Assembly: GCA_003971905.1 (NCBI GenBank)
Contig: RSEE01000024.1
Coordinates: forward strand, 372,001-436,000
Direction of reading: 5' to 3'
DNA: 64,000 nt
Source of the DNA: Moniliella sp. 'wahieum'
Taxonomy: Eukaryota
The position numbers were made by a program, and so were the translations under genes. The notes under the pieces were generated by a model. The model saw only the letters and a list, made by a program, of their open reading frames with translations. It did no database searches and had not been told where the DNA came from. Positions 12,178 through 24,694 of the stretch are shown in pieces; the stretch's first letter is position 1, and each line of letters begins with the position of its first letter.

Positions 12178-14049
12178 GGTCACGATGAGGATGGGAGTGT
12201 GGGAGGTGACGCGTATCACAGGAATGGGGAGATTGGTGTGAAGAAGTGGGTTGCTCACGTGCGAGATGTGACGCTGGAGACGAGGAGAGGGGCAGTATGT
12301 GGCGGTGGGAGTGATATAGGATGGAGAGGGAGAGAGGGAGAACGGAAGAGAGAGAGATGGGAGGGTGGAGGGAAGCGATGGGAGAGATGGCCAGCGAAGG
12401 GGGGGGGGCGGTATAAGAGGTGGCCGGGAGGACTGGTGGGAGGCGGGAAAGAGTACGGCGGATGGGGTTGGGTGCACGCGCCGCGGCCATTCGAGCGGCG
12501 CCGACAGGAACCCGCCAAAGCTGTCTGTGTACCTGGGCAGGCCCGTCTAGATTGATATTACGGCGGCTATTACGCTGCTTGCAGCTTCACGTGTACGCAG
12601 CCCGAGGGTCCAAGGGGTCTGCTCGGACAGGGCGCAGGGAGTGCGACGCTGGGCAGATTCAGGGCGGGCGATGGTACCGAACGCAAGCCAGGGCTGCTCA
12701 GGACTCCTTTTCGCGGGACTTGCTCGGTCGCTGAGGAGGGCCACGAACGCATCAGGCATCGGCGACTTTGCATCGCCACGCGTCACGCATCCGGTGTGGT
12801 ATGTATCATCGTACACCACGCGCAACGCATGCGTCATGTATCACGCACCAGCCGACGCCGCACCCACGCGGTCCAGGGCAGGTGTGTGGGACAGGAGGCT
12901 CTGCGTTTGCACCAAGCTGGACTGCCAATGTGGGATGTCGGATGCGTAACGCGCAGCACTTCTAGCTTCACGCGCTTCACGCGTCGTGCGTCACTGCGTC
13001 ACCACAGTCACCAACCACTTGACGTTTGAAGCTAAGCCTTTTCAGAGCCTGAAGCAGCACGCGCGCGCAGCATCCTGGATGCATCGCAGCAGACATCGCA
13101 GCGCGCAGCAGGCAGCCCCCTCTGCCTTACATCCATTCCTCACAGATCCCACTCGTCCTTTCCCCTCTCAGATCTCCCATCTGGAATGTTACACCGTTTC
13201 ACACACGCCCGGTGTGAGACGTTGGCACCACGACCCTTTTTCACGCATCACAGCATCGCCCTGGGTGGGGTGTGGGACGAACAAACAACCTGAGATTCGC
13301 AAACGATATGAAATCCCTGCCTGCGTTCGTACGTTCGTACGGTCGTACCTTGTTCCCGAGGACTGACTAGCTTGACTACTCCAGTCCTCCCAACCGATTT
13401 CCGAATCCGCCGTGTAACAGATTTATCATCCATCTCAGATCTCATCAATCACATCATCGATCTCATCCATGCTCACGCGCTCACGCGTCACGCGCTCACG
13501 GTTACCCTGCTATCACACTCATCATGCGTGATACCCAGCATGATCGATGACATGATGACACCATGACGCTATCATCGATCATCGATCATCCTTGCCGTTC
13601 ATCTCGCACCTCTCTCACTTTTGCCAATGCAAGCCCGGAACCCGATGAAACTAGAAGCCTCGATATACGATAGCCACCCTCGTGTCAGAATTGAGTATGG
13701 TCGTGTGCAAATGGAGTTAGTTACACGGTGGTGAACGTGGTCAACTTCAACTTCAAAAGCGTTTTCCTAAAGCGTTTCGTCCACCTTCAATCAACCTTCA
13801 AACCCCGGTTGACATTGTTCTGGCTTTTACTTCCTCTTCTATCTGGGCTATCTAAAATTCCTTGTAATGCATGTAACCTCGCAACCGCATACGCATCGAC
13901 AACTACAAACAACCATCGATGTGTTCAAAAGTCATATTGAGAAGCACTTGTCTTTGGCCTACAACGCCCACATCGCCCATCGTCCAGCCTCTTGATGCAA
14001 ATAGAGCATCGGGCATCGACTATCGGACCGCACCAACCCATTGGAGGAT

Positions 14050-14108
14050 CATCGGGCCATGGACGTGCGGCCATCGGGCCATGGACATGAAACCATCGGG
14101 CCATCGAT
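14050..14108 (+). repeat. 22-bp-period minisatellite: CATCGGGCCAT(G/C)GA(C/T) plus 7 variable nt, x3
   Basis: Copies start at 14050, 14072 and 14094; a degenerate copy lies at ~14007. Confidence 0.75.
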
Positions 14109-17100
14109 GACAATCGCCCCACGGCGCCTGGTCGGTCTCCTGGGGGCGGCGGGACACTTTGACGTCTCCTGCTACGTCCGCCATTCCACCAGATCACAGA
14201 AGGACACAGTACGTTCAGGTGAGAGCTCAGACTGAGCTGAGTCTGACCACTGAGTTACTTAGGGTATGGAAGAGAGATACTGAGACTTGCAGTAACTAGT
14301 ACCTGGTAATTAGGAAGTACTAACTGGTAACTGGTCACTGGTAACTTGTGTAAAAGGCGAACAGCTAGCAAAAACCTACAATAACTAGCAACTGGTAGTC
14401 ATACAGAGGAGCAAACATCTTGTAACTAGTTAATGAACGATGACTGCAACAGTAAGCACTAAGCGCCGCGCTACACCTTTTCAGCGCACACACACACTTG
14501 TCTCATTCCATCTCAGATCTCACCTCAGGCGCTCAAGGCGCTCAGGCCCCTGGGGCCTCACAGGTATGATATATGATCCCATATCTCATATCTCACCGTT
14601 CACCCTTCAACTCCGTACTCGCCACCCCGTTCTACAGGTCACATCGTCACATGTCACACCCGTACTACGGACGTAGGATGCACACTCTTCCAGAGCGAAT
14701 ACCTACCTGGTCTACTAGGCAACACAAGCTCCACACCACCACCATCGCCATGCGCCATGCGCCACTGCCTCTACACGGGTGGAGCTAATTCCGACATCTC
14801 CAGAGTGCCACTTCGTATATAGAGCGCCCCCTTCCATAGAAAAATATACTGCTCTATCGAGACAAGATACTTTAAATCCGATCTGACCTTCATTGTACCG
14901 TAGGGCTTAGCCTAAGCGGTGAGGCTCACCACTTAATACCAGGTACGGCATGCGTTTTGCTTCGTGCATTACACCTTCTGTTCTGGGGGTGCCGCTGGGC
15001 TCCGAGCTCTCTCGACCAAAGCCTCTCACTAAGATTCTGCCGGCAGCTTCCTACAGTAGAGTAACAGCATCGCGTGTAGAACCCTTCCTATAACACAGAC
15101 GCCTTGGCAAGGACACGCTGGATGCGTTTGGTCCCATATAGAGAGAGACAACTGTACTAACCGGGAAGTTATTATAGTGACGAAGTAGTGATTATAGGGA
15201 CCACCATAATGCCTTTTACCGCTTGTTTATAAACAAGTAAACAAATTTCGTGTTCGTGGATCGATGTCTCCCGGGATCCAAGACGGACCCTTGTGGGATC
15301 CTCCTTTCTTTTGCACTACAGTAATTAAAACCAACCACAAGTTGGGATAATGCCTGTCAATGTGATATTCGTACGGTTGCGCGAGTTACGAACTATTTGC
15401 TACTTGATAGTAAGTTGCCAAATCTGGAGGCGAGCGCGCAATGGCTCTATGAGATCTGAGATAGTAGCAACGGCAATGGTTAATGATTAATATTTAATGG
15501 TGGCCGGTGGCCTCCCCGCCTCCGAGCGACGTCCGAGATATATAGTCACTATAGTCACTCTAGTCACTAGGCAACGTGTTCACCTTAGTCGTCGCAGTAG
15601 TCGGTTTTGTCACGGAATATACAGTAGTCACATGTCACAAGCTACAGTAGTGCGTGACCTGTGACATGGGAGCGCATGTCCATGTCATATGCTCTCAGGT
15701 GCCATGCATCGCGTCTGAACGTCTGAGGTCTGGGTTCTGAGTTCTGAGTTCTGAGTGTTCTGAGTGTACTGAGTGTTTGAATATCGTGAGGGTTATATAT
15801 GAGCACGGTCACACCGAGGCCTTCGTCCCCCCACATGAGCATGGCTCTTGAACGTCTTGAACGCGTTGAACGTTGAAGCTTGAAGCTTTTATTGAAGCGC
15901 GCCTTGAAGAGTATTGCAGCTTGAAGCTCTCGTTGAACCGTGACCGTGTTGAACCCAATAGGGCGAAAAATGCCTCCGTCATAACGTCACATCTCGCATC
16001 CAAGAGCATGGGCCAGACTATTCTTTTCTTGATAGCCAGACCTCCATATGGAAGCTAGCTAAGCGCTAATCGTTAATCGGGCTACGGAGGCTTTCAACCA
16101 TCCTCATTTCCAATTCGGGACCGTCTCCGACAGTCGGAACAGAAGAGAAATAAAGGCTCGATTCATTTCTATATGCGATTCTAGCCCAGTGTGTTAATAG
16201 ATTCGGAGGTGGGGAACTGTCATAGTAGTTTGGCTGATCTCGCTCCCATTTCCAATTTCTTCGTCTCGAGCGTCTCGCCCCTTCCCTGTTTTCTTCCACT
16301 TCGCACCATGTCCTCTGTTCTTGCTTCTTCCCCACGAACGATTGCTACACCCTTGGCCTAGTCCGATTCTGGTCTCCCTCGCCTTAGCCCCGACTGTGAC
16401 AGGAACATGGACGAGGAAACCGAGAGAAACCCCCCAAGCTGGGCTATACCAGAGAGATGTGCCAGGATGTGCCCTGCGAATTGTATCCTATAAACCACTG
16501 TAAGTGATAGTGGCACAGACCAAAAGTGGGTCGAGTCTGATGTATACCGATGTCGATGATTCATATCGGTCTCGATATCGATATGAATCCGATGGGTCCC
16601 GGTCTTCGATCACCGGTCACCCTTGAGTACTTGAGTAGAGTGCGGGGAAAAAGAGTATGTACCCGTGGAAAGCACAAGAGAAGATCAGGAACGAATCAGA
16701 TATCATCGATCGAGATCATCATCATCCCATATGTTTTTTTATTGATGTGCTACCGGCTACCCGCCTCAGGCCTTTTAGGATCTCCACACAGGGAAGGCAT
16801 GCCGAGAGGTGTAAAATCAATGACTTTTGTAGTATCGCTAGTACGATGTCGATGAGGCCAAGCGACGAACAGAGCGAACAAGCACGAAGTCCCATGTATC
16901 AAGTAGAGATAATCGAACAACTGTGGAATAACCACGGAACGAACAGCGTTGGTAGGATAAGGTCGTCGGTATATCCAGTGAATGCATCGGTATCTTTTGA
17001 AGGCCAACAAAGAGCACAGCCAGTTGATGGTGTATTACATTGCACATGAAGAGCTACAAAGAGGCTAGAGAACCTTTCTTCTGCCATCCAGGAAGGAATA

Positions 17101-19299
17101 TTGTAAGGGATATAATGCACCAATATTGTGGCTACCAGGCTTTTGGGCTACCCGTGCCACTACCCCACAGTGTGATGACACCACACAGTACCTCTCAAAC
17201 CGTGGTATTCAGGTCGCTGGGGTTGTTACACCTCGCGCAGGCTCACAACGTGAAAACCAGTATAGTGGAGGAGGTACAGTTCAACGTTCAACGTTTTTCA
17301 CATGTCACATGTTACACGTTACGCGTTACGCGTTAAATCGGAATCGAACAACGTGGCGCTTGTGAAGCTTCCTTGAAGCTTCAAAAATTTCCAGCTGCCT
17401 CGACATAAGAGGGATTACTCCGTAATCTTGCCACTGTGCTTCACGCTTTCGCCGGCCTCTGGTCTCTGATTTCAACAAATCAGGATCTCTGTTCGTCTCG
17501 TGGGTGCGGGGGCTGTCGTCCCCACCTAATGTGAGGGCTGTGGGTCTCGGGCCTCAGGCTCCAAGGATTCAGCCTGGTGCATCGGCCTCTACATGGCCGA
17601 CGCCCAAGAAAAGATCGGTGGCGAAAAGGTAACTTCTCTGGTACACTTTTTTGGATCCATAGCGGCCTTTTCGGGGACGGCTCGAACCACGGCCCAACCC
17701 ACCACTGCAGAGGTTAAAATTGGCAATGTGATAGGAAACCTTCGTTTTCACTCCGATTCCATATTCCTGAGAGACAAGAAAAAACAGAACTAGGTCTGGC
17801 TTGCAGGCGTCTCGGCCTGTGTAGGTGTCTGATCGATGGTCATCGATTTCATCGGTCATCGATCAGCCATCGATATCGATGCTCGATCGCTGAGCATCGA
17901 TCATCGATCTCATCAACGATCGATCGGCACGCTGCCTATGCCGTTGGATGAACATCGGTCGTTGGCAGGGAAATTTACTGGCGAGCGGAAATCCGAGAAC
18001 CGGGAGTCGGTAGCAGTCCATCCGGCCACACGTCAAAGTGTCATGCATGTCATCGATCATCATCATCAACGTTCAGTGTTGAAGTTCAACATAAGCATCC
18101 ATCCTTGATGGCCGTGGGAATCCAGTGGAGATAATGTTAGTACTGTTACGTACGGGGCCATACGGTATTAGTAACTAGTACGGAAACTTAACGTTGGTAA
18201 CTATAACTAACACACGTAACGCGAAAATACGACATCAGACCCTATTCCCCCGGTCCCGAGAGGATTTGACCCGTTGAGAGGCCTGGGCCCTGGAGCCTGA
18301 GGCTTAGCCTGGCTCGACGACGCCCAGCATCTGGACGGCCTGGACTGACGCTTGAACGATGATCGAGAACCACGCAACACCCAGTCAGTCACACTCCGTT
18401 GACCAGGGTGGCGCCTTGAAGTTGAAGCTTGATGGCTGGCCCTGCTTGGCCCCTGCTCGGGCTTAGCGCCCAGTCGCTCACCGGCACGGTTACGAGCTAC
18501 ATGTTCCCGGTTCTCGGCTACCGGTACCGTTGTGCGTTATACACGTTAACCTTTACCAGTTACCAAACCTCAGGGAGCTCAGGCCTTAAAACACTTTTCG
18601 CTTCAACCCATCCATCATCCCCCCACCGCGCCACCTGATCCAATATCCACCACTGTGGACCGTCGACAGACCACAGTATTCTCGGTTTCGCGTCCTGGGT
18701 CTATACTGTTCATTGCTCTCAACAGCGCTGCTTCCGCGGTCAACTCTTGAGCTCTCAGCTCATGCATACGCACGTGCACCTCGACGAGCCGCGCACATAC
18801 AGAATGCATGCAGGTTCTTGAGATATGTTTGATGAAGCTCAGGCTCCCGTATGACAGTCGGAAGCGTCGCACCAGGAGACACGTAGGGACTAGGAGGGAC
18901 CTGTTTTGCAAACCATTGGATCGGTGCCGGGGTGAGGCCGGTCAGGTGTATGACATACATGAGGATAGGGGCAGAGGGCAGCAGAGCGGATGACAGCGCA
19001 ATGAAATATATACACTGCTATTACGGGGATCGCTGTTCGCTGATCGCTTGTGTCGGGCGCATCATGAGTATAAGTATGAGTGCTTGTGGATACCGAGTTC
19101 CTCAGCCCCATAGCCTGAGACTGAGCTCATGGGTACCACCCCATTCTACACCCTGCCCAACTGTGGATACTTTGCCAATAAGTTGATCCTATTGTATCAG
19201 TTCAAAACGTACGTCGACTGTGGGAGTACAGCTTACCGCAGAGAGATCGATGATCGATGATCGATGATGGAGGATATATGTGGCTTCTCGGTGAGTAGC

Positions 19300-19934
19300 T
19301 GCTCCTCTATACTCCGCTCCATCCCCGACACCCACGTCCACAACGAACCTATGGTGGAGGAAGAGGATGGGACGAGGCGCGGACGGAAGGCACAGCGCAC
19401 CGATTACCGCGTGATGGGGCCCGGAGCACTGGGAGGAACCGGAATGGAGGTAGACCACACGCTGCGCGACACGGGATCGCAGGAGGCGCAGAGCGCGTAC
19501 CGGCGGGTGGTGCATGAGAGCACTGCGTCGCCTTTGGAACGCCGGGAGAAGGAACTGCTTCGGCTGCTTGAACAAGCAGAATGCGACAAGAACGCCAAGT
19601 ACCAGGGACGCACTCAAGAACCGTTTTTCCCCCTGGTTTTGACGACGCGAGGATACTACGGCACCAAGACGGCGGGCAAGTTGTTTGCGCATTGGAAGGA
19701 GTTGGCTACTAAGTCTCAGTGGAAATGGTTCCTCGCTCGTATGTCAACCACGTTCCTCCCGTGTCCACACGCGCTTCCTAGGGTACGGGACCGGATGGCG
19801 TGAGCCGGAGGGTCCTGATATCCTGGCGATCCCCCTGGTCCCTTAATCTTGGTGGCGCTTCCAAGTAACCCCCGCAAGATGAACGGTTCGGTTTAGACGT
19901 AGCGTTCCCCCTGTCCCAGCCTTAAGCTCTGTCA
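19300..19934 (+). mobile_element. 5'-truncated non-LTR retrotransposon, CRE/Cnl1/MoTeR-like: restriction-like endonuclease C-terminus plus 3' UTR
   Basis: ORF 19264-19803 reads HVHNEP...RTD...VD...DKNAKY...FFPLVLTTRG...HW, the EP/RxD/D/KxxKY/FxPxV pattern of RLE domains at the end of CRE-clade ORFs. The downstream tail recurs at 47419-47509. Confidence 0.7.
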
Positions 19935-22900
19935 ATGGAATGCACATAACAGGGAAGCACTGAAGTTCTGAGGCCCCTCAGTCTGAGGCTTTAAGGCCCA
20001 GAGGCCTGAGGCCTGATGGGTGATGGCCTGCGGTTGGGGTTTCCCTCTCCAAGCTCTACTAGCTAATAGTTTCTACAGAGAGGATACTGGATTACTGCTT
20101 GCGAATTACTGTGGATGTAAATTGGGGATTCAGATTTGAGACGGTGCATAATAGGGCATCATGTGCATCCCATGCATCTCATGGGACCCCCCTGCATTTC
20201 GCTGGGGAAACGAGCATCTGTCGGTTGCTTGTATGTTACCCCCTCTCTGTTTGGCCCTGGAAACAGGTAATGTGGTAACGTGTAATAAGTAATCTGTCGG
20301 TTAAGTGTAAGTTATCTAATTCCGATAATACTGCCTCATGCGCCGAACGTAATATACCCATCCACAGAGAGAGCATTATGCGTACCGGCTCGATCAACCT
20401 CATCGACCTGATCGATGACCGATCAAAATGGCACCCTCGCTAGGATCTGAGAGGATTGTAAGATCTCAGTTCTCTCAGTGGCCTGCCCCAACGATCTGTA
20501 CAACCGAGTAATGTCATCGATCCATGACAGTCTCGATGCACGCTGGCAAAAAAGAGCGCTTGTCTTGCGGAGAGCGGAGGAAGTGTCTGAGACGGGGGAG
20601 CGTATGTCCGTGTGAAACAAACGCGAGCAGGTGTGGCGCAGGTACGCCCAGCCCAGCCTCGGCACAGCCTCACAGTGCTGCCGGTGTGACGCATGACGCA
20701 TGACGTGTGAAGGAGGGTCTGACATGTGACATGTGACATGTGATACCTGCGACGCGTGACCCATATCCATGCAATGCATGACGCATCATCCATCAGCGCT
20801 CAGCGCTCATTTGATTGTCCGATTTTGGTTCCTCATCGACTCATCTGCCTCTGAACCTCAGGCTAAGTGGTCAGGCTGATCCCTCACCGGCTCACCTCGG
20901 CCTCAAGCTTTGTCACAACCATCACACGTCAAGTTTCGAGGCTCAGCCGCTCAACCAACACAGCAAGCGTAATCCAATGCAACAGAATCTTGCTCTCTCC
21001 TCATAAAGCCGCAGTGCCAATCTTGCGCCACCAAGTACCGCCCGGAATGCGCTTTCTCTGAGGAAAAAAGAAAACATCCTGCACTAAACATCTTGCGCTG
21101 TACAGTGTACTTACAGTAACTATGGAGTAACTGGCAATCAGACACATGCATGACACCTTGCAGCATTATAACGAAGAGGTATACCTTCTTCATGATGAAT
21201 TTCTACTGTGGATAGAAAAGAAGTATCCAAGAAAAGTATCCAACGTGTCTCTATATTTGCAGCAAGGAGTACTAAGGGGCATTACGGTGGCTGCAGTGGG
21301 AGTTGAGTAGAGCGACGGTGTTGCAGTGTGAAGTAGGAAAATGCAATTCCCACTCAGAAGACAGAGAAACTCTTCCGTCCCCCCCCCTACCACAGGGAAA
21401 CCGGAAACCGGGAACGTGTTGCCGGTTCTTAGTAGCCAATGCTCAATGTCCAGTAATGTATCGTTCCGTCCCGTTTATAGGGTTCCTTAATCGGGAGTGG
21501 TGGTGGGGGTTAGTGAGGACCTGTTGGCCGTCCTGAGAGGCATGAAAACCCTGAAGCTCGCTACCCAAGTCCCTATATGCAGCCCTACGGCCTACAGCAT
21601 CCTAAGCTCAACTAATACGGTGGTCAGCAACGGGATAACAATGGCATGTGGCAACAGTATTCACTGCGTGGATCATCATGCAAGGTTACCGGTTACCTTT
21701 GTTACATGGATCTTATATCAATTTCCCCTCTGCTGCATGCATTAAAGACAAGTATTGTGGTGTAGCACCGTGGCTCAGTTTTTTGCCTTCATGTATACTG
21801 GGTCTCCCGTCAAAGTGTGCAAAGATACTGTCAAAAAAGGGTGAATAGTCAAGGGTACACTAGCATCACAGGGCGAAACACCTCTGGGCGTAGAAGACAA
21901 GACCCCCTCTCGCTAATACGATATGCTACGGTAACTTACTACTTCTCATAGTCGGATGATACGGAGCTCAGATCTTAAACCTTGCCCACAACCTTCCGCT
22001 GTTTCCTCCAAATTATGAGAGCTGCTCCCAGCTATAAAAAGTAGAAGGGTATCCCAGAAATATTATACAGGATGCCATTAACGCTGTTCTATTGGATATT
22101 CCACCACGTTTTATTCCCCCTCAAACTTTGGTCGCTGAGAACATAATACCCAGTGACACTAATATGAGGTGACGCGGATGACGGTATATGGGCCTTGACA
22201 TCGATTAGAAGAAAGAAGTACCCCCCTAGCCTACCATCTGCATGTGGTGGCTGTGTGGCAAAGAAGATGTAATGGGGGTTATTTGTGTGACTTTGCATTA
22301 TACCGTTTTTTGGACGGTTTGTGAAGACCAGATGAGGTTAGAGGCTCTCTTGCGTGAGAGCCAAAAAAGATACTCATCGTGACTCTTTTCTCTTCACGGC
22401 CTCCACACATCTCACTCTTGTAGCCCTTTCAATAGAATGCATGCCCTTTTTCTTTCTTGTTGGTGTCCTATTTACTCAGTGCTTCCTCCTTTTGTTAGGG
22501 ACAACGCATTTTAGAACACCACATAATCATGATACTATTAGTTGTACATGTCTTGCCTTTGTATGCTATACCGTCATCCATAATCCTGGAGGGGCTTTGG
22601 GTCATCGTCACCATTTTGATCCGTCGCATTTACCTGGTTCATATGATGTCGTATTAGTATATGTGCAGAGTGTAGCGCACCGGCTTCAGATTTTCGTTGG
22701 ACCAAAGATGATCCTCATGGGGAACAAACCTGGAAAGAGTGTGGACTAAGAGGGAGCTGACCTAAGAAAGTATTCTGTCCATCACGGGGGCATTTCATCA
22801 TGTATACTAAGTACGAGGATAATAAATGGTCTTTTTTTTCTTACAGTCCCTTGAACAGTGTGGAGGGAGATGCGAGCCATGGAATACACCATCTTTCATT

Positions 22901-24195
22901 CCAGTACCTGCAAACGTTTTGTGGGAAGTGGAGTATGGACGAGTCAGAAATCCAATATCGACCCATTCCATGCCGATTATAAGGCAAGCAGAGCGAGATG
23001 TAGCATGCAAATGCTCCTGCAACTCCTTTTCTTCCCAAGTAGATGGCTCAAGAGGGGGTTCGAAAAAAGAAGTAGACAGAGCTCCAATCGGCGCCAACTA
23101 GCAGACTCTACTCATCGATCGACGCGGGGCTGGTGTCTTACGACGAACGAAGGAGCTCAGTAGAAGAACTAACGGTTGCCAATGTTGGGGAGGGACTCCT
23201 GGATCTGATTATGAGAGAACAATGATTAAATCGAATGTTAGTCTGATGTAGTTTCAGTATTTCCGTTCATATGAAAGCCCATCATCTTATAGAATACACA
23301 GCACACGTCTTTTTGGGAAGATACAGTGTCTCAAAGTTGGCGTATTGTTGGCTGATGATTATATAGGTTGCATACACCCCGTTACATAGAGAAGCATTGC
23401 CTGGATATCACCCAGAGGACCAATGGACCCAGAAGGCAGCCTTTGAACGTATACTTCATCCTTGACATATATGCCATAAAAGGCAGAGAGAAAGAGCGTA
23501 TATAGAAGGTGTCACAGTCGGGGCTAAGGCGAGGGAGACCAGAGCCGAGACTATAGGTCAAGGGATGTAGCATTCGTTTGTGGGGAAGAAGCAAGAACAG
23601 AGGACATGGTGCGAAGTGGAACAAACAGGGAAAGGGCGAGACGCTCGGGACGAAGAAATTGGAAATGGGAGCGAAATTAGCCAAACGATTATATGTGAGA
23701 TTGTGGGTCTGTCCGGAAGAACTAGTTGTCTATAAGTGTGCAGGTTTGGCGTCTATTTTGATATACGGTCTCTCTGTCGTGTCCTTCATACTCATGAACA
23801 CTCGCTATAGGGAAAATCCGGACGGTCATTGCTTCTCCTTTCACCTCAGCACTCATAGCCTCAAATCGCTGTTCGAAGACAGCGGCATTCATATCTTCTG
23901 CCTTTGGCTGCTACACCGCTCTTGCTTAGGTATAGTGCTTCTCGACCTGAGATGACGGAGTGAGAGGCGCAATGTAGAGACGATCAGCCCTAGTTGTTAT
24001 TTTTGTTTGAGGCCCTATGTGGCGGACTCTTTTTCTCTACCAACTCATATGGCGCATGATACTCCCCTCTTCGGATTGGGATAGAGGCTTTCAGAGCTTT
24101 GGAGATTCACCGTCCTACAAAATAAAATGGGAGGAAGCGGTGAGTGGGTGATTGCTGGGTGGATGGATGTTGCAAGAGCGAACGAGAGGACCAAG

Positions 24196-24278
24196 GCCCT
24201 ACTGTTGCAATGGTAGCATTCTTCACTTCTACTCTGTCTGTGATGAAGCGGTTGTGGGTTCGAGTCCCACGTGGGGCT
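24196..24278 (+). tRNA. tRNA-Arg(UCU) with an 11-nt intron
   Basis: Acceptor stem GCCCTAC/GTGGGGC; anticodon stem CTTCA/TGAAG with loop CT-TCT-A[ctctgtctgtg]A; T arm GTGGG-TTCGAGT-CCCAC; oligo-T terminator at 24280. Confidence 0.88.
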
Positions 24279-24694
24279 CTTTTTTGGCGGGCGGAACACG
24301 CTGGGCGGAATGGTGCCGGTGTGCCCCGCTGGGGTGTGACGCGTGACGCGTGAGGCTACAAAAAACAAAGCGGTGCCGAGTTGCGATTGAAATATTGAAA
24401 CGCGCGTTCCCGTTGGACAGCCAGCCTTGGTTCCACGTGGCACCCCGGGGGTGTGGCGCAACCCGTCGTTTTCGGCCTATTTGCCCGCTCTAAAATTCCA
24501 CACAAGAGTCCCCATTGATGCGCGGCCCCTCCACCTCCTCCTGCCCTTCGTCTGTGCCGCCATACCGGGGGTTACGTCCACGCCCCCGTTCACGTCTCTC
24601 CTCACGCCCTCGTCCACGTCCACATCCACCATTCACCCCACTTCGCTTCCCGTCTCCCCATCTGCACACCATGCACCGCCCACTCGACGGTGCG

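Noticed and set aside
14050..14108. CRISPR-like repeat-spacer pattern
   Set aside because: Eukaryotic context; repeats of 15 nt and spacers of 7 nt are too short; no cas genes.
14652..15066. Second possible solo LTR (TGTCAC...GTAACA with TATATAG)
   Set aside because: No target-site duplication and no alignment to 7891-8437; the TGTCAC is part of a heptamer array.
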